Program-made: the position numbers and the translations under genes | Shown here: positions 17,589 to 26,617 of the stretch, in pieces | How the letters are laid out: the number at the start of each line of letters is the position of its first letter | Position numbering within the stretch: the stretch's first letter is position 1 | Virus record (IMG/VR): IMGVR_UViG_3300043754_000006 | Span: 1 to 43,343 of that record | DNA: 43,343 nt | Origin: a virus | Lineage: Duplodnaviria > Caudoviricetes | Direction: 5' to 3' (one strand) | Notes under the pieces: generated by a model | Told to the model about the DNA's origin: nothing | Databases searched by the model: none | The model's input: only the letters and a program-made list of their open reading frames with translations

Positions 17589-18134
17589 ATGCCGCGCTGC
17601 CTATCTACCCTGCCCGTCCAGATCAACGCTGGCCTGGATTTCCAGGCCGTCGTGGAGTTGTGCGAATACCCAGCGACGACGTGGGGGCTTAACGCCGTCA
17701 TTCGCGGCCCGCAGGCGATCAATCTGACTGCCGCGCCGCAGGGCGATGCGTTCCTATTCACCGCGCCTGCCGCTACCACGTCAGGCTGGGCCGCCGGGAC
17801 CTATTGGTACAGCCTGCGCGCCACGCAGGGCACTGCGATCATGGAAGCCGGCAGCGGCGAACTGACCGTGATTGCCGACCTGTCCGCAGTCACTGGCGTG
17901 TACGACGGTCGCAGCCAGGCGGAAATCGCATTGGCCGCGCTTGACGCCGTCATCGCAGGACGCGCGACGCGCGACCAGCAGCGATACAAGATCAATGAGC
18001 GCGAGCTGTGGCGCATGACCATCGCGGATTTGCTGAAGCTGCGCGCGTACTACAGCGGCAAGGTGGCACGCGAGCGCACCAATTCGCAGAAAACTTCTGC
18101 GTTCGGCCGCCCCGTTTTCGTGAAGTTTCACTAA
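17589..18134 (+). CDS. Head-tail adaptor (gpW-like C-terminus with an N-terminal extension)
   Basis: Lies between terL and portal; YKINERELWRMTIADLLKLRAYY is a gpW-like motif. Confidence 0.65.
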   Translation: MPRCLSTLPVQINAGLDFQAVVELCEYPATTWGLNAVIRGPQAINLTAAPQGDAFLFTAPAATTSGWAAGTYWYSLRATQGTAIMEAGSGELTVIADLSAVTGVYDGRSQAEIALAALDAVIAGRATRDQQRYKINERELWRMTIADLLKLRAYYSGKVARERTNSQKTSAFGRPVFVKFH

Positions 18135-19721
18135 ATGAAAATTCCATTTTTCGGCAAGCGCACCGAAGCAGCCGCGCCCATCACGCGCGCCGCGCTGGCG
18201 GACGTTCCCAATACGCCGCCGAAGCGCCGCTGGATGGGCCGCATGCTGTCTGGCATGTTCAAGTCGTCGGTCGTCAACCCGAACGACCAATGGACAGCCA
18301 TACCGCTTCCGCCAGACCAGTTCATCACGCTGCGCCAGCCTGCCCTGGTGGCGCGCTCGCGCGAACAGTGGTCAAACAATGACTACGTGCGCGGCTACGT
18401 GCGCCGCTGCCGGCAGAACATCGTGGGCGAGCATGGTGTAAAGCTGCAAGCCAAGCCGATGCGCGCGAACGGCAAGATTGACAAGAACGCCGCGCAGGCC
18501 ATCGAAGATGCGTGGACCGAATGGGGCGAGCTTGGCAATTGCGACGTGACGGGCACGATGACCTGGCGCGAGCTGCAAGCGCTCGCCATCGAACACGCGT
18601 CACGCGACGGAGAATTCATTTTTCGCAAGGTGCGCGGCGCAGACGCTGGGCCGTTCGGCTTCGCGCTGCAGCTGCTTGACCCGCAGCGCCTGCAGGTTCG
18701 GTACGAAGCGAACGCTTTCGGCATCGCAGGCAATTTCATCCGCAACGGCATCGAGTTCAACCGCTACGGCCGACCCGTCGCGTACCACTTCGCCAGCACG
18801 GACGAAATGGACGCGTATTTTTACTACAGCATGGCGGGCAAGGGCTTCGTGCGCGTACCTGCTGACGAAATTATCCACGGCTTCGTCAAGGAAATGGCGA
18901 GCCAGCGGCGCGGTATTCCGTGGACTGCCACGGGCCTGTTTCGCATGCATCACTTGCAAGGCTTCGAAGATGCCGCCGTGCAGAACGCGCGCGCATCGGC
19001 ATCGAAAATGGGGTTCATCAAGTATGAAGATGGCTTCGGCCCCGAAGCCGACGACGACACGAACGTGGCGGACACGATCAACGCTGAACCGCTGTCGTTC
19101 CACGAACTGCCTGCCGGCGCGAGCATCCAGCCGTGGGACCCGCAATATCCCAGCGGCGAATTCGCCGTGTTTCAAAAGTCGATGCTGCGCGGCGCATCGA
19201 CGGGCTGGGGCGTCGCATACAACAGCCTGGCGAACGACCTGGAAGGCGTGAACTTTTCCAGCATTCGCGACGGCAAGGTGGACGAACGCGACAACTGGAA
19301 AGAGCTGCAGGGCTGGCTAATTTCGGTGCTGTGCAAGCCCGTTTTTAACGAGTGGCTGAAAATCGCGCTGCTGTCGGAAAAGATCACTGACACGAAAGGC
19401 AAGCCGCTGCCGGCCACGAAGCTGGCGACATTCAAGAAAGTCATTTGGCAGGGACGCCGCTGGGCGTGGATTGATCCGAAGTCGGACGCGACGGCGAAGG
19501 TGACGGAAATTCGCGCGGGCCTTACGTCGCCGTCGCAAGTCATCCGCGAGCAAGCGCGCGACCCCGAAAAGGTGTTCGCGGAAATCGCGCAGGACATCGA
19601 GGACATGAAGGCGGCCGGCATACCGGAAACCATCGTGAACATCATTTTTGGCGTCGCGCCCGCACCCGAACCCGCACCGAGCAAAGGCGACGTTTCCCAG
19701 GGCAAGGAACCGAAAGAATGA
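18135..19721 (+). CDS. Portal protein, lambda family
   Basis: LVARSRE..NND, DGE, NGIEFNRYGRPVAY, RGIP, NFSSIR and WIDPKSD motifs. Confidence 0.93.
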   Translation: MKIPFFGKRTEAAAPITRAALADVPNTPPKRRWMGRMLSGMFKSSVVNPNDQWTAIPLPPDQFITLRQPALVARSREQWSNNDYVRGYVRRCRQNIVGEHGVKLQAKPMRANGKIDKNAAQAIEDAWTEWGELGNCDVTGTMTWRELQALAIEHASRDGEFIFRKVRGADAGPFGFALQLLDPQRLQVRYEANAFGIAGNFIRNGIEFNRYGRPVAYHFASTDEMDAYFYYSMAGKGFVRVPADEIIHGFVKEMASQRRGIPWTATGLFRMHHLQGFEDAAVQNARASASKMGFIKYEDGFGPEADDDTNVADTINAEPLSFHELPAGASIQPWDPQYPSGEFAVFQKSMLRGASTGWGVAYNSLANDLEGVNFSSIRDGKVDERDNWKELQGWLISVLCKPVFNEWLKIALLSEKITDTKGKPLPATKLATFKKVIWQGRRWAWIDPKSDATAKVTEIRAGLTSPSQVIREQARDPEKVFAEIAQDIEDMKAAGIPETIVNIIFGVAPAPEPAPSKGDVSQGKEPKE

Positions 19722-21739
19722 GTACGAAACCGTCACAGCAGGATCGCCTGGCGCGCGCACTGGCAGAAGTTCAGAAGCGCGGACTAATTCAACGCGACAT
19801 GGATGTGGACGCGGTGGACGTGGACGCGCGCACCGTCAAGCTGTCGTTCAGTTCCGAAATCGAATATCAGCGCTGGTTCGGCATAGAAATCCTGTCGCAC
19901 GATCCTGCGCACGTTGACATGTCGCGCCTGACAAACAAGGCCGCGTTCCTGTGGAATCACAATTGGGACGACATGCGCGGCGTTGTCGAGACGGCCACTA
20001 TCGACAGCGACCGAAAGGGGCGCGCGACGGTTCGCCTTAGCCGGAGCCCTGCAGGCGAACAGATGCTGCAGGACATGGCGGACGGAATCATTACCAAGAT
20101 TTCCGTTGGATACATGGTAAGCGGCATGCGCCTGATTGAGGAGCGCGACGACGTGGACGTGTTCCAGGTGAATGCCTGGATGCCATACGAAATCAGCGGC
20201 GTATCCGTGCCCGCAGACGACACGGTGGGCGTAGGCCGAAGCGCCACGCAGAACCCACAAGAGGAAAAGCCCCAAACTGCGGCGGACAATCGCACGCAGA
20301 ATCAACCAATCGTAACCCCGAAGGGTATTCAACAAATGGAAAAAATCCTGCGTGACGCGTCGGGCAATCTCGTCCGCGCGATGGTGGGCGAGGACGGCAG
20401 CATCACGAAGGTGCTGGAAGTTCTCGAAAAAGCTGGCGACGAATCGCGCCAGGCGCAAGCGCGCGGCCAGGACGCCGAACGCGCCCGCGTGCGCGACCTG
20501 ACGGAAATGGGCCGCCAATATGGCGCCGTTGACCAGGCGCTGCAGTTCATCGCTGACGGCAAGACGCCCGACGACTTCCGCCGCGAACTGTTGGCGAATT
20601 TCGCCGCACAGCGCAACGCAGCGCGCCCGCTGAACGAACAGGTTCAGGACGGCGAAATCGGCCTGACGAACCAGGAAGCGCGCCGCTTCAGCATCATGAC
20701 GGCAGTTCGCGCCCTGGCGAACCCGAACAACCGCGCCTATCAGGAAGCCGCCGCGTTCGAATTCGAATGCTCGCGCGCTGCAGCGGCGAAGGCCGGCAAG
20801 GAATCGCGCGGCATCATGATCCCGTCCGACGTTCTGAACCGCGCGTTCAGCACGACGAACCCGGCAAGCGGCGCCGGCGCGAACGCGATTGCGACAACCC
20901 TGATGGCCGACCAGTTCATTGAACTGCTTCGTCACCGCACCTGGGCGCTGAAGCGCGTCACGACGATGGGCGGCCTGGTTGGTAACGTGGATATTCCGCG
21001 CCAGAACTCGCCGTCGCAAGCGTACTGGGTTGGTGAAGGTGCTTCGCCGACCGAAGGCGAACCGGGTATTGACCAGGTGTCGTTCAGTCCCAAGACCCTG
21101 GCCGCATTCACCGACATCACCCGCCGCCTGATGCTGCAATCGACGCCCGACGCCGAACTGATCGTGCGTAACGACTTGCTGCGCATCATGGCGCTGGCGC
21201 TGGATAAGGCCGTCCTGTACGGCGCTGGCGCAGCTGGCGCACCGAAGGGCCTGCTGCAGCAAACCGGCATCAACGCGGTTGAATTCGCCGCCGCAAGCCC
21301 CGCCTACACCGAATACGTTTCGATGGAAACGGAAATCGCTTTGGGCGACGCCGACGTGAATTCCATGTCGTACGTGCTGAACCCGACGCAACGCGGCGCA
21401 GCCAAAACCACGCTGAAGTTCCCGGCTGGTGTTGGCGGCGCGACCGTGGGCCAGGGCGGCGCGATTTGGGAACCCGGCAACACGGTGAACGGCTACGCCA
21501 CCGACGTGACGAACCAAGTCAACGCGGGCGATGTGTTCTTCGGCAACTGGGCTGATTACATCGTCGCGATGTGGTCGGGCCTGGACATGCTGGTGGACCC
21601 GTACTCGCTGTCGAGCAGCGGCGGCACGCGGATTGTTGTGTTCCAGGACGTGGACATGAATATCCGCCACTTGCAGTCGTTCTGCTACGGCAGCCAGACG
21701 GCGACGCCGAACACGGTCGCGCAGCCGTCCCCGACCTAA
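19718..21739 (+). CDS. Prohead protease-scaffold-major capsid fusion (HK97 fold)
   Basis: N-terminal LWNHNWD..ISVGY..PYEISGVSVPAD protease; C-terminal AYWVGEG...FGNW..LVDPY capsid. Confidence 0.92.
   Translation: MSTKPSQQDRLARALAEVQKRGLIQRDMDVDAVDVDARTVKLSFSSEIEYQRWFGIEILSHDPAHVDMSRLTNKAAFLWNHNWDDMRGVVETATIDSDRKGRATVRLSRSPAGEQMLQDMADGIITKISVGYMVSGMRLIEERDDVDVFQVNAWMPYEISGVSVPADDTVGVGRSATQNPQEEKPQTAADNRTQNQPIVTPKGIQQMEKILRDASGNLVRAMVGEDGSITKVLEVLEKAGDESRQAQARGQDAERARVRDLTEMGRQYGAVDQALQFIADGKTPDDFRRELLANFAAQRNAARPLNEQVQDGEIGLTNQEARRFSIMTAVRALANPNNRAYQEAAAFEFECSRAAAAKAGKESRGIMIPSDVLNRAFSTTNPASGAGANAIATTLMADQFIELLRHRTWALKRVTTMGGLVGNVDIPRQNSPSQAYWVGEGASPTEGEPGIDQVSFSPKTLAAFTDITRRLMLQSTPDAELIVRNDLLRIMALALDKAVLYGAGAAGAPKGLLQQTGINAVEFAAASPAYTEYVSMETEIALGDADVNSMSYVLNPTQRGAAKTTLKFPAGVGGATVGQGGAIWEPGNTVNGYATDVTNQVNAGDVFFGNWADYIVAMWSGLDMLVDPYSLSSSGGTRIVVFQDVDMNIRHLQSFCYGSQTATPNTVAQPSPT
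20248..20290 (+). promoter_or_regulatory. Late promoter 3, internal to the protease-capsid fusion
   Basis: GCAGAACCCACAAGAGGA-N19-GACAAT; AAGGG at 20321 and in-frame ATG at 20336. Confidence 0.75.
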
Positions 21740-21760
21740 TCGACGGCGCAGCGTAAGCCT

Positions 21761-21789
21761 GAAGGGCCGCCAGTTCGGCGGCCCTTTTT
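21761..21789 (+). terminator. Rho-independent terminator after the capsid gene
   Basis: AAGGGCCGCC-AGTTC-GGCGGCCCTTTTT. Confidence 0.8.
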
Positions 21790-21810
21790 CACAACCAACC
21801 AGGAAATTTC

Positions 21811-22101
21811 ATGAGCACCGAATCGACGGTTCTTATCAAGCTGACGGCGGCCACTGTCATCGATGGCGCCCTGGTGCGCGCCGGCACGAAACTCGAAATG
21901 ACCGACGACGAAGCGAAGTCCCTGCTTCGCCTGGGCAAAGCCGAATTGCTGACGCAGCCAGCTGCGCCCGTCGTCGCGAACAACGCCGCCGCTGCGCAAG
22001 CCGCTGCCGCACAGGCTGCAGCTGAAGCCGCGAAGCCCGCGCCCGCTGCGCCTGCCCCGGCACCGGCCGCGCCCGAAGCTGAAGCCGCGAAACCGGCGTA
22101 A
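21811..22101 (+). CDS. Small Ala/Pro-rich virion-associated protein
   Basis: AGGA SD; EAKSLLRLGKAE motif and a low-complexity tail; follows the capsid gene. Confidence 0.7.
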   Translation: MSTESTVLIKLTAATVIDGALVRAGTKLEMTDDEAKSLLRLGKAELLTQPAAPVVANNAAAAQAAAAQAAAEAAKPAPAAPAPAPAAPEAEAAKPA

Positions 22102-22153
22102 GCAACTCCCGAGCGTTTCACCCTTCCCGCATAAACTCAGGAACTGAACCGAA

Positions 22154-22510
22154 ATGAAAAACATTCTCGCATTGCGCGCCGCCGCCGCCATCACCGCGAC
22201 CGACACCGGCCCCGGCGTCAACATCGAAGGCGTCGAAGGCGACGGCTGGGTGGTGCTGAATTCGTCGGCGACGAACGCGGCCGGCAATACCAGCACCGTG
22301 ACGCTGCAGCACAGCAACGACAACGGCGTGACCGACCCGTGGACGAATACCGCAGTATCGTTCAATCAGGTGACGAACGCTGGCGCGAGCTTCCAGACGC
22401 AATTCGTTTCGCTGGACCAGTTCAAGGCATACGTGCGCGTCGTCAACACGCTGGCGGGCACGACGCCTGGCGTGACGTACGGCGTCGAAATGATCGGCAC
22501 GAAGCACTAA
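22154..22510 (+). CDS. Beta-rich virion protein (possible head decoration)
   Basis: Position in the head module; TVTLQHS.D...W..KAYVRV pattern. Confidence 0.6.
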   Translation: MKNILALRAAAAITATDTGPGVNIEGVEGDGWVVLNSSATNAAGNTSTVTLQHSNDNGVTDPWTNTAVSFNQVTNAGASFQTQFVSLDQFKAYVRVVNTLAGTTPGVTYGVEMIGTKH

Positions 22511-22513
22511 GCC

Positions 22514-22852
22514 ATGCCGCACCCAGCCTGGGACAATCCCGCCGATTTCGTGGATACGGATGATTTTGCCGTGAAGGCAGTCATCCAGTACCAGGCTGGG
22601 GGCACGCTCAATATCATCGGCATCTATGACGGGCCGTATGAACTGGCGAAGCTGAAGGAATACCAGCAGGACACCACGAAGCCGAAATTTACGTGCGTAG
22701 AAGGCACGTGCGTGAACGTGCATCGCGGCGATGACCTGGTGGTGTATCAGGCCGATGGCGTGACCGTGTTCGCCACGTTCGGTATCCTGACGTACCCGCA
22801 GCCCGATGGCACCGGCATGGAAGTGCTGCAGCTTGCGCCCGATGTGCAATGA
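22514..22852 (+). CDS. Head-tail joining protein (gpFII-like)
   Basis: Position; FVDTDDFAV...PQPDGTGM. Confidence 0.65.
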   Translation: MPHPAWDNPADFVDTDDFAVKAVIQYQAGGTLNIIGIYDGPYELAKLKEYQQDTTKPKFTCVEGTCVNVHRGDDLVVYQADGVTVFATFGILTYPQPDGTGMEVLQLAPDVQ

Positions 22853-23400
22853 TCCACTTCGATATTGAATGGAAGGACCTGCAGGCCATCGGCGACGAAC
22901 TGGGGGCATCCGAGAAGCAGATTAAATACGCGTTCTCGCGCGCACTGCGTCGCACGGCATCCGCCCTGCGAACCCTGTCATCGAAGGGACTGAAGAACGA
23001 ACTGCAGTTGAAGCGCGTCAACGCACTGCGCAAACGCCTGAAGTCACTGAAGCTGCGGCGCGGCGCTGGCATCGAAGGCGTGCAGCTTTGGTACGGTTTA
23101 AACGATATGCCGATTTCGTGGCTTAAGGGCACGCCGAAGCAAACCGCAGACGGCGCCACGTTTCGCGGGCAGAACTACCCTGGCGCGTTCGTCGCTGCCA
23201 GCAAATATGCGAACGGCAAAACCATCCTGAAGCGCAAGGGCAGCGCGCGCCTGGCTGTCGAAGAACAACTGTACGCGGTGAAGGACAAAGCCGACGTGTT
23301 CGTGGAAGATAAAATCTTCGTCCACGTCGAAGCGATTTTCTGGCCGCTGTTCAAACGCGAGCTGCACGCGCGCGTGAAATACAACATTGGGGAGCGGTAA
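22849..23400 (+). CDS. Neck/minor tail protein (lambda Z-like)
   Basis: Basic protein with AFSRALRRTA and GAFVA; position. Confidence 0.65.
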   Translation: MIHFDIEWKDLQAIGDELGASEKQIKYAFSRALRRTASALRTLSSKGLKNELQLKRVNALRKRLKSLKLRRGAGIEGVQLWYGLNDMPISWLKGTPKQTADGATFRGQNYPGAFVAASKYANGKTILKRKGSARLAVEEQLYAVKDKADVFVEDKIFVHVEAIFWPLFKRELHARVKYNIGER

Positions 23401-24068
23401 TGTCTACGCCGACAGACCCGAATGCATTTCTTGACCTGTCCGCGCTGCACGCGGCCATTGTGTCTGACATTCAGACGCAGTACCCGACGCTTGCGAATGT
23501 CGAGTTCTACCGAACCGAAGAACGCAAAAGCATTCCCATCCCGTCCATCCTGCTGACGCTGGAAGAATTCGAAGGCGAACCCGACCTGGACGTGGGCACC
23601 GGCCAACTGGCGGTAACTGCGCGTTTCTCTGCGCAGATCATCATGGGATTCAAGACGCCGAACGTGAAGCTGGCAATTCGCCTGTTCGCGTCGGCGTTCG
23701 CCGCGTGGCTGTATCTGCGCCGCTGGACGGGCATTGTCACGGACGCCGCGCAGGTTATCGGCGCATACCCAGACGAGTTCGACCCGCGCCTGGATGAATA
23801 TGAAGTCTGGCGCGTCGAGTGGACGCAGGGCCTGTACCTGGGGAATAACGCGTGGGTAGACACCAGCGCGCCGCTGACTTCGGCGGACGGCACCGCAGGA
23901 CCTTATGGCGCTGGCGTGATGGTTGGCACTTACCCTGAAGTCGGGACGCCGTACGTCCAGGACTATGTGCCGCTGGAAACTGACCCCACCGTCATCAGCC
24001 CGACGACCGTCGAACAGCTGAACGATTTCCCGCCTGATCCATTTACCGACCAGGAAACGCCGGAATGA
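23400..24068 (+). CDS. Tail completion/terminator protein
   Basis: Position before gpV; DEFDPRLDEYEVWRVEWTQ. Confidence 0.65.
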   Translation: MSTPTDPNAFLDLSALHAAIVSDIQTQYPTLANVEFYRTEERKSIPIPSILLTLEEFEGEPDLDVGTGQLAVTARFSAQIIMGFKTPNVKLAIRLFASAFAAWLYLRRWTGIVTDAAQVIGAYPDEFDPRLDEYEVWRVEWTQGLYLGNNAWVDTSAPLTSADGTAGPYGAGVMVGTYPEVGTPYVQDYVPLETDPTVISPTTVEQLNDFPPDPFTDQETPE

Positions 24069-24730
24069 GTTACGACCTGTCGGAAACGTATCGCAAGATG
24101 GCGGCGCTGTTTCGCTGGGCGACTGTCACGGGCGTGGACCTGTCGGACCCGACGGCGCCGCGTGTCACGTGCACCACTGGCGGCCTGGATACCGAGCCGA
24201 TCCCGTGGCACGCGGGCCGCGCCGGCACCACGGCGAAATGGTCCGCGCCCGTCGTCGGCGAACAAGGCATCGTGTTTGCACCTGGCGGCGAAACCACAAA
24301 CGGTTTTTTCCTGGGCGGCTTCTATCAAACGAACATGCCCGCGCCATCCACGGACCCGAACGTGGACATGACGCAGTACCCAGATGGCAGCACCGTCGAG
24401 TACGACAGCAGCACGAACACCCTGACGGTGAGCGTTTCCGGGAACGGGAATGTGGTGGTGAACTGCCTGGTGGCGACCATCAACGCGCCCACCAGCGTGA
24501 CGCTGAACACGCCGGAAACGCATATGACCGGGAACGTCCAGGTGGACGGAAACCTTGGCGTGACAGGCGCGATGGCCGTGCAAGGCCAGGGCGCATCCGG
24601 CGCGGTTTCGACGTTCGCGGGCAGCATCCAGATTACTGGCGGCGACGTGAAGGCGGACGGCATCGGCCTGAAGTCGCATCACCACACCGCGCAAGGTTCG
24701 AACGCCGCGACGACCACATCTCAAGACTAA
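24065..24730 (+). CDS. Baseplate spike protein (P2 gpV)
   Basis: WSAPVVGEQ, YPDGSTVEYD, beta-helix repeats and a C-terminal HxH metal site (LKSHHH). Confidence 0.92.
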   Translation: MSYDLSETYRKMAALFRWATVTGVDLSDPTAPRVTCTTGGLDTEPIPWHAGRAGTTAKWSAPVVGEQGIVFAPGGETTNGFFLGGFYQTNMPAPSTDPNVDMTQYPDGSTVEYDSSTNTLTVSVSGNGNVVVNCLVATINAPTSVTLNTPETHMTGNVQVDGNLGVTGAMAVQGQGASGAVSTFAGSIQITGGDVKADGIGLKSHHHTAQGSNAATTTSQD

Positions 24731-24732
24731 GC

Positions 24733-24775
24733 GCAGAACCCACAAGAGGAAGCACCCCGGCATGCCGTCGAGAAT
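24733..24775 (+). promoter_or_regulatory. Late promoter 4 (baseplate/fibre genes)
   Basis: GCAGAACCCACAAGAGGA-N19-GAGAAT, intergenic. Confidence 0.78.
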
Positions 24776-24781
24776 GGCGGC

Positions 24782-25120
24782 ATGAACGGCACCGACGCAT
24801 CCACCGGCAAATGGCTGACGGGGCTGGACCATCTGCGCCAGTCCATCACTGACATTCTCACGACGCCGCTTGGCAGCCGTGTGATGCGTCGCAACTACGG
24901 CAGCCGTCTGCCAGAATTGGTGGACGCACCAATGAACGCCGAAACGATTACCGATATCTACGCCGCGACGGTGGACGCGCTACAGACCTGGGAGCCACGC
25001 ATTCAGGTGACGCAGGTTATCGCGACCAGCGCAGCGCCTGGCCAAATCGGAATCAGCCTGGTGGGCATCTATACCGAAAACGGCCAGCCCGTGACGATTG
25101 ACGGCATTCAAGTGAACTGA
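24782..25120 (+). CDS. Baseplate wedge protein (P2 gpW/gp25 family)
   Basis: HLRQSITDILTTPLGSRVMRRNYGS and WEPRI. Confidence 0.93.
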   Translation: MNGTDASTGKWLTGLDHLRQSITDILTTPLGSRVMRRNYGSRLPELVDAPMNAETITDIYAATVDALQTWEPRIQVTQVIATSAAPGQIGISLVGIYTENGQPVTIDGIQVN

Positions 25121-26037
25121 TGGCAGCCACAATATCCACCGTTGACCTTTCGCAGCTGCCAGCGCCTACCATTGTGCAGCAGCTGGATTTTGAAGCCACC
25201 GTGGCTTCGATGCTGGCCGACCTGCAGGCGCGCGCGCTGGCTGCCGGCGTCGAGTTCACCGCGCTGCTTGAGTCAGACCCGGCGTATCTAATCATTGAAG
25301 TTTGCGCGTATCGCGAACTGCTGTTGCGCCAGGATATGAACGAAGCGTGCCAGGGCGTCATGCTCGCCTATGCCGTAGGCCCAGACCTGGACCAAATCGG
25401 CGCGAATTACGATTGTGCGCGCGAAACGATCACGCCTGAAAACGATTCGACCGTGCCGCCGACGCCGGCCGTCATGGAAGAGGATGGCCCATATCGTGCG
25501 CGCATCCAGCTGGCGATGGAAGCATTCACGTGCGCAGGCCCCAGCGGCATGTATTTGTCGCTGACGAAATCGGCATCGTCCGACGTGCTGGATGCGAACA
25601 TTGACAGCCCGACGCCTGGAACGGTGCGCGTCACGGTGCTGTCGCAAACCGGCAATGGCACGCCGCCCCAGTCAACCCTGGATGCAGTCACTGCGGCGCT
25701 GAACTCGGAAACGGTGCGCCCGCTATGCGACACGGTGGAAGTGATTGGCGCGACGGTCATTCCTTACACCATCAATGCCACGCTGACGTTCTTTCAAAGC
25801 GTCGATACCGACACGGTGACGGCGCTCGCGCAGGCTGCTGCGCAGTCGTACGCCAATGCGTGCCAGCGCGTCGGGTACACGGTCGCAGTTGCTGGCCTAT
25901 ACGCCGCGCTGAAGCAGGCCGGCGTGGTGAACGTCGCACTGAACGCGCCTGGCATCACGGCCGACCTGGACACAAGCGCCACGCAGGCATCGTACTGCAC
26001 CGGCATCACTTTGGTGAATGGCGGCTATGGCACTTGA
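25120..26037 (+). CDS. Baseplate protein (P2 gpJ)
   Basis: DLSQLPAP, LESDP, AYRELLLRQ, AGP and VRPLCD. Confidence 0.93.
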   Translation: MAATISTVDLSQLPAPTIVQQLDFEATVASMLADLQARALAAGVEFTALLESDPAYLIIEVCAYRELLLRQDMNEACQGVMLAYAVGPDLDQIGANYDCARETITPENDSTVPPTPAVMEEDGPYRARIQLAMEAFTCAGPSGMYLSLTKSASSDVLDANIDSPTPGTVRVTVLSQTGNGTPPQSTLDAVTAALNSETVRPLCDTVEVIGATVIPYTINATLTFFQSVDTDTVTALAQAAAQSYANACQRVGYTVAVAGLYAALKQAGVVNVALNAPGITADLDTSATQASYCTGITLVNGGYGT

Positions 26038-26617
26038 TTACACGAACGACACGGAAACCAGCCTACTTCCATACAACGCGAACGAATTTGAACGTTGCAT
26101 GGAAGGCACCACGTCGCGCATTTCAGATGTGCCTGTGCCCGTGCGTTCTATGTGGAATCCGCAGACGTGCCCCGTTGCGCTGCTGCCGTGGCTCGCGTGG
26201 GCATTCCGCGTAAACGAATGGGACAGCAGCTGGCCTGAAGCGACGCAGCGCGCGGTAATCGCGATGAGCGCGAGCGTTCACCGCATCAAGGGCACCGTCG
26301 CATCGATAAAAACCGCGCTGGCTGCGGCTGGGTTTCCTGGCGCCACCATCGTGGAAGGCGCAGGCGCCTGGTATCTGGATGGCTCGCGCATGCTGAACGG
26401 CGAAGATTACTTCGGCGATCCGACGAAGTGGGCCTGGTATCGCGTGCAACTGGCGCAGCCGATTGCGAACAGCCAGGTGGGCCAGGTGAAACGAATTCTC
26501 GCCGATACGGCCCCTGCCCGCTGTTATCTGGAAGCACTCGATTTTTCTGAAGCTGCATTCTTGCTGGATGGAAGCGTCCTGCTGAACGGCTCATATAACC
26601 TTGGACTGGCGCAATAA
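26027..26617 (+). CDS. Tail protein I (P2 gpI)
   Basis: SLLPYN, WNPQTCPVALLPWLAW and HRIKGT. Confidence 0.92.
   Translation: MALDYTNDTETSLLPYNANEFERCMEGTTSRISDVPVPVRSMWNPQTCPVALLPWLAWAFRVNEWDSSWPEATQRAVIAMSASVHRIKGTVASIKTALAAAGFPGATIVEGAGAWYLDGSRMLNGEDYFGDPTKWAWYRVQLAQPIANSQVGQVKRILADTAPARCYLEALDFSEAAFLLDGSVLLNGSYNLGLAQ

Noticed and set aside
19784-21670. 628-aa antisense ORF opposite the capsid gene (also 5404-6879, 29933-31063, 34126-35049 and similar)
   Set aside because: Shadow ORFs expected from GC-rich codon bias; no recognisable motifs, and they lie opposite well-supported genes.
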